Source: Auanema rhodensis (lineage: Eukaryota > Animalia > Nematoda). From it: DNA of 64,000 nt. Below the pieces are notes generated by a model. That model saw only the letters and a program-made list of their open reading frames with translations. It had not been told where the DNA came from and did not search any database. The position numbers and the translations under genes are program-made. This document shows, piece by piece, positions 1 to 12,095 of this stretch; within the stretch, counting starts at the first letter, position 1, and every line of letters begins with the position of its first letter. The DNA is taken from contig OZ059898.1 of the NCBI GenBank assembly GCA_964057225.1, positions 9,176,001 through 9,240,000 on the forward strand, in the 5' to 3' direction.

Positions 1-869
1 ACGAATACCATTTGATCACAATGTATATATCATCTATAGACATTTCAATAGTTTGTGAAGGGTGTGTAGGATTGCTTACATAGAAGAATAAAGAATAAAT
101 CTTGAAAAGATACGTCGTATATGACTCAAATGAAATAAAGATGATGAAAAAGAAGAAAGTGAATTAGTTAAAGAATATTTCTTTTTCATTTAATTTATAA
201 TAATTATAATATATAAATATTATTATTATTATAATAATCATATGAGTAATATCATATCAATTTTAGAAATGTTTAGATTTTCCAATTTTTCTATCAAAAC
301 TGCTGTCTATATGATTCTTTGTTTCCCTTATCTTATTATTCAAATTTTCAATTAATCAGAAAATAATTGAACATAATAGATAGCTGATAATGAAGTTTAA
401 ATGGACAATCTATACAAACATTTTTATATTATATATATATATATACATATATATTCTTTTTCCTTTTTTTTACTTTGAGTTGTGTTTTTCGAAAAATTCT
501 AATAGGCTTATCTCATTTATTTGTAAACTTTTTCGAATGAATAGAAAAAAAGCTGAACAATTATTAAAGTCCGAAGAATTAAAATAGAAATATTAATTGA
601 AAACCTTCTTTTCTAGAAAAGATTCGAATCATAATGTCAAGCTTGTTTTAATTCATTTTGAAATCATATCAAAGCATTTATTTGTGTTATGTATTACACG
701 AATTCTTTTCCTTTTACCTGTTCTCCTTAGTTTTCAAATTTCTTATCTAGTTTTTTGTTTTTCAACTTTCACAACAATCTTTATCGAAATTGCAAAAAAC
801 ATTTCTTTATAGTTAACTGTAATCTTTTTTTTTAATTACATATCTTCATTTTCTATTTCCTCTTTTCAG

Positions 870-3800
870 TCCGGCTTCTCTTCGCGTGAGGATCTGCTAT
901 CAGAGAACGCGGCACCTTCTCGATCAACCATTAGGGAAATTCCAGTGCAGAGAGCCCCTTCTGCGGCTCCATCTCATTCTACGGTTCTTGAATACAGAAT
1001 GCCCTCAAGCTATGTGCCCACTGCGGCAAACGATGGCGTATGTTTTACCATATCATATACAATGAATATATTTGATTTAAAAAAATTACATTATATATTT
1101 AGGATGAATATTATCGACGAGAAGTAATCTCCAGAACAATTATTACTCGTAGCACTGAAGCTCTTTCACAACCACCTCTAGGTCGATCGTCTCCAATTGA
1201 GCGATACGTTACATACCCTGATCCCTTAACCCGGGAAGAGCGTACAGTAGATTACAAAGTAACCTATCACCGCGATATCGAAGAAGAAGAACATCGATTG
1301 CGTGAAGAACAAGAGAAAAGACGCCAAGATGAGCAGGAACGTCGAAAACGTGAGGAAGAAAGTCGACGTCAATGGGAGCTCAAAGAGCAAGAGGTACAGT
1401 AATATATTCAAATTCAGTTTACAAAGAAACTTTAGAATTGAAAATAATTCGTATAGTTAATATATTTCTATTATTATCAAAATTCGTATGACCTGATTTA
1501 GTTCAGTGTAAAGTAGTTGGTTTTGTTTAATTTTTCATCGATGACTTGAAGATATTTCGTATTTCTCATGGCCATTGAGTCATATCTTTCAATTCCTATT
1601 GTGATGTACAATTGATTGTGAATTGTATGATCATTCAAATCATTCTGCAAATACATATACTATACATATTTGTTTTATATTTCCTTATATTTATTGAATA
1701 TTTTAATTTAATTATTTCAGTTACTTGATAAACTTCGACGTGATCGTGAGCTTAAAGAACGTGAATTTGAAAGAAATATCAGTGAACGTGAACGAGCCGA
1801 GAAGGATCGGATAGAACGAGATCGTCAGGATCGTGAACGACTCGAAATGCAACGAAGAGCTGATTGGGAACGAATGGAAAATGAGAGACGTGGTGTCGAA
1901 GAATCAGAACTAGCTAGGAAACGAGCTTTAGAAAAAGAAAGATTAGAACGTGAAAGGTAATATATTGAAATTTAAATTATTTATATTTAAGAAATTCTAT
2001 TTTATTTTTTATTTTTTAGATTAGAAGAAGAACGTCGTGAACGTGAGCGATTAGAACGAGAAAGGGAGCGTTTAGAACGAGAACGTTTAGAAGCTGAAAG
2101 AAGAGAAGCTGAACGGCAAGAAAAAATTAGAATCGAAAGGTAAAGATTAGTTTTTTGAAGTTTTATAATTAAATTTATTATTTAAAGGGAACGAATTGAA
2201 CGAGAACGTATAGAAATTGAACGAATTGAAAAAATCAAACGTGAGCGTATCGAACGTGAACGACGAGAAAAGGAGAAACAACGTGAAGAAGAAGACAGAA
2301 TTCGACGAGAAAGAGAAGAATTAGAAAGGTAATACTACTACTTTCATTTCAATTTAAATGTTATATTCATTTCAGAATTGAAAGAGAACGTCGACAATTA
2401 GAAATTGAAGAAAGGGAACTTCTGGAACGAGCACGTCGTGAAGCCGAAGATCGTGAACGGGAACGTCTGGAAGATGAAGCTCGTGAAGCCAGAAGACGTG
2501 AAGAAGAGAGGCGTGAAGCTGAACTTTTGGCTGATATTCAACGTCAAGCCGAAGAGCGCGAACGTCTTCGTAGACATCAAGAGCGTGAAGAACAAGAGCG
2601 TCTTGATCGTATTCGACGTGAACAACAACGAATTGAGCAAGAACGAGCTGACGCTGAACGTCGGGAACGCGAACGCATGGAAGAGGAACGTCGAGAAAAA
2701 GAACTTCTTGAAGCTCAGAAACGAGCTAGAGATCAAAGGTATTGTATAACTTCTGTTTGTTATTTCATTTATATAAATTATAGAGAGCAAGAGCGCATAG
2801 AAGACGTCGAACGTGAACGTCTTCGACAAGAAGAAGAACGAAAAGAACGCGAACGACGTGAAGTTGAGCGACGTGCTGCTCAGGAGCGTGAAAGAAAACG
2901 TCGTCAAGAAGAAGAAGATGAACGTCTTCGTGTATTGGAGATTCAGAGACAGGCAGCTGCTCGTGATGCTCAAAGACGAGCTGACATTGACCGTGATCGC
3001 GAACGTGAAGAACTTGATAGGTTAGCAATAATTTTTTTTCAAATAAAATAATTTAATTCATGTAATAACTATTTAAATTAAAATGTCCCTACTTTACAGA
3101 GAAGCACGTAAAATTGCTGAAATGGAAAGATTGGAAAAGGAACGAAGAGACCGAGAAAGGTAGTTTACGAATTTCCAATTAAATTATCGTAAAAAATAGT
3201 TACCATAGTAACCAGATTATTATATTGAAATTCTATTTATATATTATATTGATATATTAATTTTTTTATAAAATTTCGAATTTTAGAGCTGAAGAAGAAC
3301 GCAGCTTGGCTGAGCTTCGTGAAAAGGAACGACGTAACCAAGAAATTCGTGATAAAGAACGCCAAGAAGCTGCTGAGAGAGAATCTGCTAGAAGAATGGT
3401 AAGAGATTGAATGTAAAGCTTATGCAAAACTAATATCATTTACTTTAGGATGATCGTCGTTCTCGTGATAAACTTGATCATTTAGTCCGTGAAAGAACAG
3501 AAAAAGAACGATTTGAAGTTGAAAAACGACGCTTAATAGCTGAAAAAGAAGCCATGAATAAGAAACGTTATGATCTAACATCACCTGAAACTTTAGCTAA
3601 GCTAACACGACCTCCATACTATTCTCGTGATAACTTGAACACGGAAGTTACAACGAAAGTTGAAAGACAAGTAATTGAACGTGTTGATCGCAATGTTTGG
3701 GTTGATGATTACCGTTATCCAACAACAACATCCCATAATGCTATTCAATATTCATTGGATAGCACCAATGAAGATAATACTCGTGATCGCTTATACAATC

Positions 3801-6800
3801 CTAATGATCTTGGTCGAAATGGATCAACAAGGTTAGTTTAAGATAAAAAACAAAAATATCAAATACTTATTCATTTATATGATATAATTAGCATAATATG
3901 TATATAATTTTAATAAAAGTTATTGTTCAAGAACTAGCCGCTATCGTGACCGTGCTCGCATGGAAAAGGCACGCAGAGATTTTATCACTGGAGCTCCTGA
4001 ATCGTCTGGTATGGAAGTCTAGACCTTCTTCTATATACATACATATATACATACATACATATATAGTTAATAGATGGAAATATCTATTAACTATACAGAA
4101 ATAGTTTATACTTGTTATTACTATACAATTTATGCGAAACAAAGTTATAATATAGAATATGTATATATATACAGTATATACTATATAGTATATATTATAT
4201 ATATAGATATATATATATTAAACAGTTTTTTTGCTTTCTTATATCTATATTGCCTTATTTCTGCTCATCGAAACCTTTTATTTCACCCTCACGCAACATA
4301 GGCACATGCCAAATCAGTGTGTATTAACACTGCTTTAATTTCTTTAAAATTTACCTTCTTTTCTTTTTTTTCTGTGTTTTGCTCGTTTGAAAGCTTTATG
4401 CCACCCACTTATAATTTTTTTTTAGTTTTTAATCACAATTAACCGCTTTTAAAATTTAGAAAATCGAAGAATTTCATTCAAGACAAAACTAATTTTGTTT
4501 TTATTTTTCGATTATCTAAATAATAATCAATATGATACCTAATATGATTAGAAGAATTAGATATCAAATGATATGTTATTTCCTCAAAATAATGGAATAC
4601 TTCGAATCTTTTTTTTTTTTTTTGATGAAAAAAGCACTTTAATCTACTGATTTTACTGCGCGTGTTCGATTCTCAATACCTTTCGTATCGTCTACAGATG
4701 AAGGTTTCGTGTGGCACCTATCTCAAATCCGTGTTCTCTTTCACTCATTTCTATAGTAATTTTTGGTTTTTCTTTGCTGGTGATCTATTAAGCCAAACCG
4801 ATGACAGGAGTTATATCGACGAATATAATAGTTTTGATGATGTTAATTAGTTATTCTATATAGATAGATAGATAGATATATAAATTTCTATAAATTATCT
4901 TTTTTTCAAATAAGATAATATAGAAATTCATTCATAAGGTGTGTGTGTTTTTTTTTTAAATTCCATCACATTTACATAGAATCTTTTCCTCTATAATCTA
5001 AATCCCTTTTTAAAAATTCTTTGGAGTTTAGAACGAAAAGAGGAAAATGTTCTGGTTTTTGTTCTTATGGAAAGCGTTTGCATGTTTTTCAATTAGTTTT
5101 TATTTCTACAAAAACTTTTTGTTTTGGAACACTAATTGACATCTCTTCAATTATACCTCGTCACAGCTTCGCAAGCTTTTTTTTTACAATTTTAATCAAA
5201 ACTAATCAACATATCAACGATTTAGTTGCATTTATAGGAAAGTAAACCTTTTTTTTTCATTTGAAATAAAAAAATTAACAAAAAAGGTTCTATTTTCCAG
5301 TGTTATTCTACATGTATATGTGTTTGTGTGTGACTCAAATTCTAAGCAACCCTAACAAACCTTATGCTTTCGTTATCACAACATCTTACCTCCTTATTTA
5401 CAAGAACATAAGTTTTTTTTTATTTTTATCAAACAAAAGAAATGAAAAAAGCTTCCCTTAAAACACTATGACTAACGATGATTGAAGCAACATTTGACCT
5501 CACATGTCTTTATCACATCACATTCTCGGTGTGTTCGTGTTTTTGCTTTCATATTTTCATTATAACATTGAAGCATATCCGATATTTGTGATTATATTTT
5601 TATAACTAAAACCACTTTATATCATTCAATACCTCAGATATTCTCGTTAGATAACATTTTTATTTTACCAAATGTTGTAGTAGACTTTCTTCATTGTATA
5701 TAATTATATAAAACTTTATTACCATCACAACGGCAAAATATTCAAAATGATATGATTGAATACTGTCTTCGATGATGATTATGATAGTTTCTATTCAATG
5801 AAAGGAAGTTTTGTTTTATTTAAATATTAAATAAACTCCCAGAATATTGTCACACACAATCACATAAACATTCATGCACAAGTCACACAATTATGTAAAA
5901 ATTTATAAAAGTTTTAAGAAAAATTGAATTGTTTTCATTCAAGAATGCTAAATTAATAGTGAATGATATGATTGATTTTACTAAACAGAAAGCATGTTTA
6001 TTCAATTTAACTTGGTATTTAATATTTTTTTTTGAAATATTAAAAATTATTTTTATGGTTCAAAATATGTAAAATTAAAACCTGACAAGTTGGCTTAAAA
6101 GTTCATCTAGCAATCATCAATTACAGTATCTCAAAATAAAAAGGAAAAACTAAAGAATATTTAATATTCAAAAAAATTATAAAACATCAAATAAATCTAT
6201 ATGTATATGTATATGAAAATGGAACGATCGCTTTCAGATCTCTCAGATCGCTTCTATCGACGCTCTACAGATGATTTATCTGTTCGAAGTCGCCCAGAGT
6301 ATCGCGGACCCCTTCTTCAGAGGTTCCATGATAGTGAATTCAAGTCAAAGACTGATTTGGACAATCTACCATACTCTCGTGTAGGACCAAGTGAATATGG
6401 AAAGGTTTGTATTAATTTTTTTTAAAAATAAAATTTAAAAAAACAAAGATTCTTGCCTTGCCCTCTGTTTGCTGTGTTTATTTTCAAGATAAGAAGATTT
6501 TTTCATTAGGAAAAAATCTACATATGTTATCAAACATTCGCTTATTAACTTTGCTGTTCTTAAAAAGGCTTTTTACTCCCATGTGTCGCTTTTTCTCTCT
6601 TTATAAAGCTGTCTTGTCATTGCACAGGAATTCGAACGTCTTCTGGAGGAAACTGAGAGGAAATACGCAGCTTATCGCATGAGAATGTCTCAACCGAACT
6701 TATACAGTAGAAACAGGCAGTATTCACAAAGTTATGTTGAAACAGATGTTGATACCGGAAGACCGGATTTAGCTTCTACTACTCGTGAGGTAAGGCTTTA

Positions 6801-8189
6801 TCACCTATGTTAATGCTTCATGTTTCCCACTGTTCTACATGTGTATGGTATATGTGCTGTTTATAATGATACGAAGAAATATTAGATTTCTAAAATCATA
6901 TTTCATTATATCTTCGTATAATTATGTCCTTGTATAGCTTATAGCTTTGCTTCATAGTTGAATTTGCATGAAAAAATTTTTTTAAAACTTTGCACAAGAT
7001 AAATACGTTTTGTATTTGAATATCACTTTTAATTATATTAATTGATATATATTATATATTATATAATATATAATACAATTTATATTATTATTCAGGTTGA
7101 AGAAACAAACCTTGATGAAATACATCGTCGATCAGGCTCTGTTGTTGATTACAACCGAATGAGCCGACGTGATGCTGCTGAAAATGGAAATCCTGTTAGT
7201 GAAGCTCATATCAGAAGCCGTAGTGCTGATTATTTAATGGATAGAAGGTATTGTATCTACAGTTTGACACATTCCAAATCAACTTTTGTGTAGATTACGT
7301 GAAGAAACAGAGCCACCAGAGAATCAACTTCAAAAAGCTATGGGAGAAGCTTCACCTCGTTCACGCAATGTATCTGAGCATGAGCTTAGGTTCCGCAAGA
7401 GTACTGAGAAACTCACTGTGCCAGAATGGTATGATATTTTTTATTTTATACAAACTAATTATGTATAATTAAAAATTGTATAATATTTTTGTTTAAGGTA
7501 TCGAGAGAATCGACCTACAGCTCGCCCAACAGATGTTGATTTAACTTTACCACGACAACAATATCCTGAAAACTATTCACAACAATATAGTCAAGCTTTT
7601 AACTATACAAATGGCGGATATTCACATGCTCATCAACCTAATAATTTGAATAATACCATGGATTTACCTCGTGGAATGTTTGATCGTTATAAGGAAGAAA
7701 TTGAGGATATGCGAAGATCAAGAAGTTCCCTTCACCACGTGGCTCATGATCAACCAGCTGCCACTCCTAACCGACAGGTAGTAGCCCTCTAATTGAGGCA
7801 ATTCGATGCATGTACTTGGAAACAAATGTGTTCAGTGTCGCTACTGTGTAACATAATTAAGTTTTCTAGCTGCTTTTACCCTTTCCCTATACATCTTATG
7901 AAGCTTTGACTATTTATGTTTTCTATCCCTATGCTACATTTCTTGTTTAAATGATAATTCGGCAATATTCCACATAAAACGAAGCATTATTATTTCCTTA
8001 TGCAATCCTTTACCTTTTTTTTTATTCGCATGTTTATTTTTCCCTTTTAAGCTTTTTTTTTCACTATAATTCTTTTTTGTTTTTTCGCCTTTTGTGTACT
8101 TTATTAAATATAAATATATAAATATACTATATATACTATACTATATATACTATACTATATATACTATACTATATATACTATACTATATA

Positions 8190-8227
<38 letters not shown>

Positions 8228-11083
8228 TTAATACTTATCCACAAGACAATTTTGTCCAAAAATTCTCAATGAATACCATGATATATTTGAGAAAAAAAAA
8301 CATTTTTTTTTCACTTTGGCATCATAATATTCAAATAGTTTGTATGTATACATAGATCAAATATTTTCATAATATAAAAAAAATTAACAAAAATATGATT
8401 CAGAATAGATATTTTCATTTTTTGTTTTCGCAAAGAAAATATTTTTAATAATATTTTCATTAATTATTCTGAACATATTTTTATGTTAAAAAATTAAATT
8501 TTTTTCTGTAATTATTATGTTTGTTAGGTGATAAAAGCGTGATACAAATTTTTCTGTCGTGGATTTGATGTGATTGTATATGTATCTTCGTGAAGTAATA
8601 ACTATATTATTTATTTGTAATATGTTAATATTTAATTTGAACTTATTTGTTCATTAATTATAATATTATATATTACTATAAATATATAGTTTATTTAAAG
8701 CTCCAATCGTGTGTTTTTCTTTTTTTTTCATATAATAAACTGTTTTCTTTTATTAATCGATTTCCGCTGAATGCATGTTATTCTATCCTGCTTGCTAATT
8801 TACATTCTATCCCAGCAAACGTTTTAAGTAATTTTGTGAAACGAAAGTTGAAAATGTGAGGATACGATCTTCGATTCAAAGCATTCTCATTTTTTTAAAA
8901 TGAGTGTTGTTATGTATTTGTGCATAATTCACTAAAAAAATCAATTTTCTTCTAAATTTCAATGTTTTAGGATTTTGCTCGACCATCCCCAAAACCTCGA
9001 CGCTCACTTTCTCAAGAGGTATGGTTTACCGAATGAACTGAAATTAAGAAATATTGAAAGAAAAAAATAGTGAAAAGTAAAGAATACAACCGATGTGTCA
9101 AGTGAGGTTTTTGAGAAAATGGATTCTTCCACGTGATGTCAGCTCCTATCTTCATTAGCATAATTCGCCATCGTTTTGTGTTCTATGAATCGTAGAAATG
9201 ACGTAAAAATTGTAAAAACTATAAACATGCTAACTGCCAGTTAACTATTATATATTTTGAAAATTATCCCTAATTTTATAACAAAAAAAACTTTTTTTTT
9301 TCATTTCTTTTCAATGAAGTACCTAATTTATTCTCTATTGCGTGTCCCCTTTTCTGCTTTCCCGGTTTACAAGCCCTAAATTAGGATGAGAAGAAAAAAG
9401 ATCAAATTCATTGAAGCAAGCAGAGCTCGAAAAATAATTGAAAGAATTAGAATAATTAATATAAAAATCAACTTGACTAATTGATGAATAATTGAAAACA
9501 ACATTATAAATTATTTTATTTCAGGTCATTACATCAGTTCATTTTCATGATTCTCTATCGCAGCCAAAAACATTACCTGGATATACGGTGTCAGAAATTC
9601 CAGGAACATGGAACGTTGAACGTACAAGGTTTCTTTTCTTCTTTCTTGCTATTTTTCAACAATCAACTTTCCTTTCATTTAAAATTTAAATTGTTTTTAT
9701 ATACTTTTTCAGACGTTCACGTGTAATTGAAGTAGCTGACACCTTTGTTGGACCGAAATATCCTGAACAACATGGTAAGTAATATCATATGATGAGAATG
9801 ACATTTACTTTCTTGAAAGGATATTTGTTCAAACTTTTAAAAAAAAAAGTATATTTCAACTTTGTGTTGTTTTAGGAGCATATACAACCAAATATGGTGG
9901 TCGTGTCACTATTGAAGAAGTCTTAGATTCTATTTTCCAACAAACACGTCCATTTCAAGATTCTGAAATGAGGTTGAAGAAAGAAAGAAAACAATTTTAT
10001 TAATTTTCTCAATTGTATTACAGTGGAGGAAAAATAGCTGATTATGCTTTCCAAGGTAATACTGATGGACCAGGAATATTTACAAATAACTATTCATTAA
10101 TGGACAAAGTTATGAAACAACCAGAAATCGCAGAAAATTTGCTAAAGGTTGAATATTTATGGAAATGTCTCTGAAAATTTTCTATTTTTAAACTTTTTTT
10201 AGACGGAAGCTTTATTCGTTCGTTGTTCATTCTGTCATCGTTCACGAGAACTATCTCAAGCCAGACTTCAATTTGTTTCATGTAAACATTGCTATACATA
10301 TTATTGTTCTCGGGAATGTCGGTAAGTTTTTTTTTTTTTAATTAATTCAAACCGTTAATTAAAGTATTATTTTCATTCTATTTCAGTATAAACGATTGGC
10401 AACAACACAATAATCGCTGCTCTTTTGCTCGAATTAATACTTTATGCAAAGATGTAATAATGAAAGTCAGTTTATGTTTTTATTTGAATTTTTTTGGGCC
10501 CAGATAAAAATCCTACTAATCTTGTTTTTCAGGTCAGAGAAGATCCTAAAGCTCAGGCATGTATGTCAGGCATAGCACGAGACGGTTTTGCAACAAGTGG
10601 TAGAGGAAGTGTCAATATTCGATTAGCGTCCCCTGAACTAGCTCAAGTATAGTTATTATTTTCTTTATTTACAATAACTTAATAACATAGGCATATGTAA
10701 CACTTGGATGGCAAGCTTTGCAAGATGTTCCTCCTGATCAACTTCTTTATTACTATACCATCGATGCTTTAATTCAAGAGAAAAAAGAGCCATCACTTAT
10801 TGCTCTTTGTAAACGCTATGATCCAACGTGAGAAAATTATTTTTATAATTAACATTCATATATTTACAGAATTAAATTTATTCTATCAGTCAGTATCATT
10901 GCTGATATCGAGAATTGTCCAACAACACCACCACCAGAAATGAATGATTATCGCAGAGCTGTCCCAACATCATCATCTGGGCCGCTATATATTCATAGAA
11001 CTCCTTCTGGAACGGATTATAATCAGCATATGGTTCAATACAATCCATATTCACCTATTACACTTGTTCCAACAGATGTTTAA
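870..11083 (+). CDS. ajm-1: Apical junction molecule AJM-1 ortholog (5' end lies upstream of the window); long E/R-rich coiled coil plus C-terminal MYND-like Cys/His finger
   Basis: Many GT-AG exons join in frame. E/R-rich exons run from about 1100 to 3550, followed by [32 protein letters not shown] and [14 protein letters not shown]. Exon 10204-10321 gives [33 protein letters not shown], then WQQHNNRC. Stop TAA is at 11081-11083 after ...PTDV. The architecture matches nematode AJM-1 from memory. Confidence 0.88.
8121..8221. repeat. Intronic micro/minisatellite: about 4 copies of a 14-bp ATACTATACTATAT unit running into (AT)n
   Basis: Directly visible: atatactatactatatatactatactatat... followed by atatatat. 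Confidence 0.85.
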
Positions 11084-11354
11084 AATATCATTTTTATATA
11101 TATTTAACCAGATATTCTAATTTCTTGAAAGGAAATCTTCATCAAGGCCTACTCTTATCGGTACCATTAGGCAATATTTTCATCGATTGCCATCAAAATG
11201 TAATATATTTAGTTTTTATTGAAGAAAAAAAAAGAAAAACACTATTTTCTCTCTAGCCGCAAATGCCAACTATAATATTATTATTACTAACAAGAAAAAC
11301 CATTTTTTTAGAATATATACATGTTTATATATACAAATTTTTAAAAAATAAATT

Positions 11355-11385
<31 letters not shown>

Positions 11386-12095
11386 TTTAATATATATAAC
11401 TATTTTATATATTAGTTATAAAGAAATATTTATAATTTTTTTCTTGTTTTTTGTTGTTCATGGCTGTTGATCGTTGTTACACGATCTTGTGATATGAATT
11501 ATGTAAATTTGTGTACTTTCAATAAATAAAAATTAGTTTAAGTTCACTGAACTTTTCGCGTCTGTTCATACTTGCAACTTTCATACTTTAAAGAAAAACA
11601 CTAAAAAAGAAAACACAGATTGAACTAGAAGTAATGCCTCCAACAACAATTTCCTGCACAATTTCTGTTTAAATCTTATTTAGCTTTCAGTAAATTATGC
11701 AAATTTTATAATAAAGGTTGGGAAAGTATCTTCAAAAATTGATCATAGATGATCAGATAGAAAAGTTACAATAACACATTTCAGACAGTTGGCCATACCA
11801 ATATAAATTGAAAAAACAAGGAGAAACTACTAAATTGATAACAAAATACGTTTAAAGAGATATAGAATTACTACATATGAGATTAAATTAAAGAGGAATT
11901 TGAAAAATCGAAAAGAAGAGAAGAATACTCAAACAAACTTTAAAGATTGGTGTTCATTTTATTACTGATCATGAAGCATTATAAAATAAATATTAAAGAG
12001 AAAGGTGGTATAGTATTAAAATCTACAGCAAGTTAGCGAATAAAGAGAGATTAATATAATAAGAGGTCCACAATTGATGATATCAGTTCGTAGAT

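Noticed and set aside
2398-3028. Long antisense and alternative-frame ORFs over the ajm-1 coiled coil
   Set aside because: Shadow ORFs produced by repetitive GAA/CGT codons. The spliced E/R-rich frame explains them.
4655-4680. GTTCGATTC resembling a tRNA T-loop / B box
   Set aside because: No A box, cloverleaf or acceptor stem nearby.
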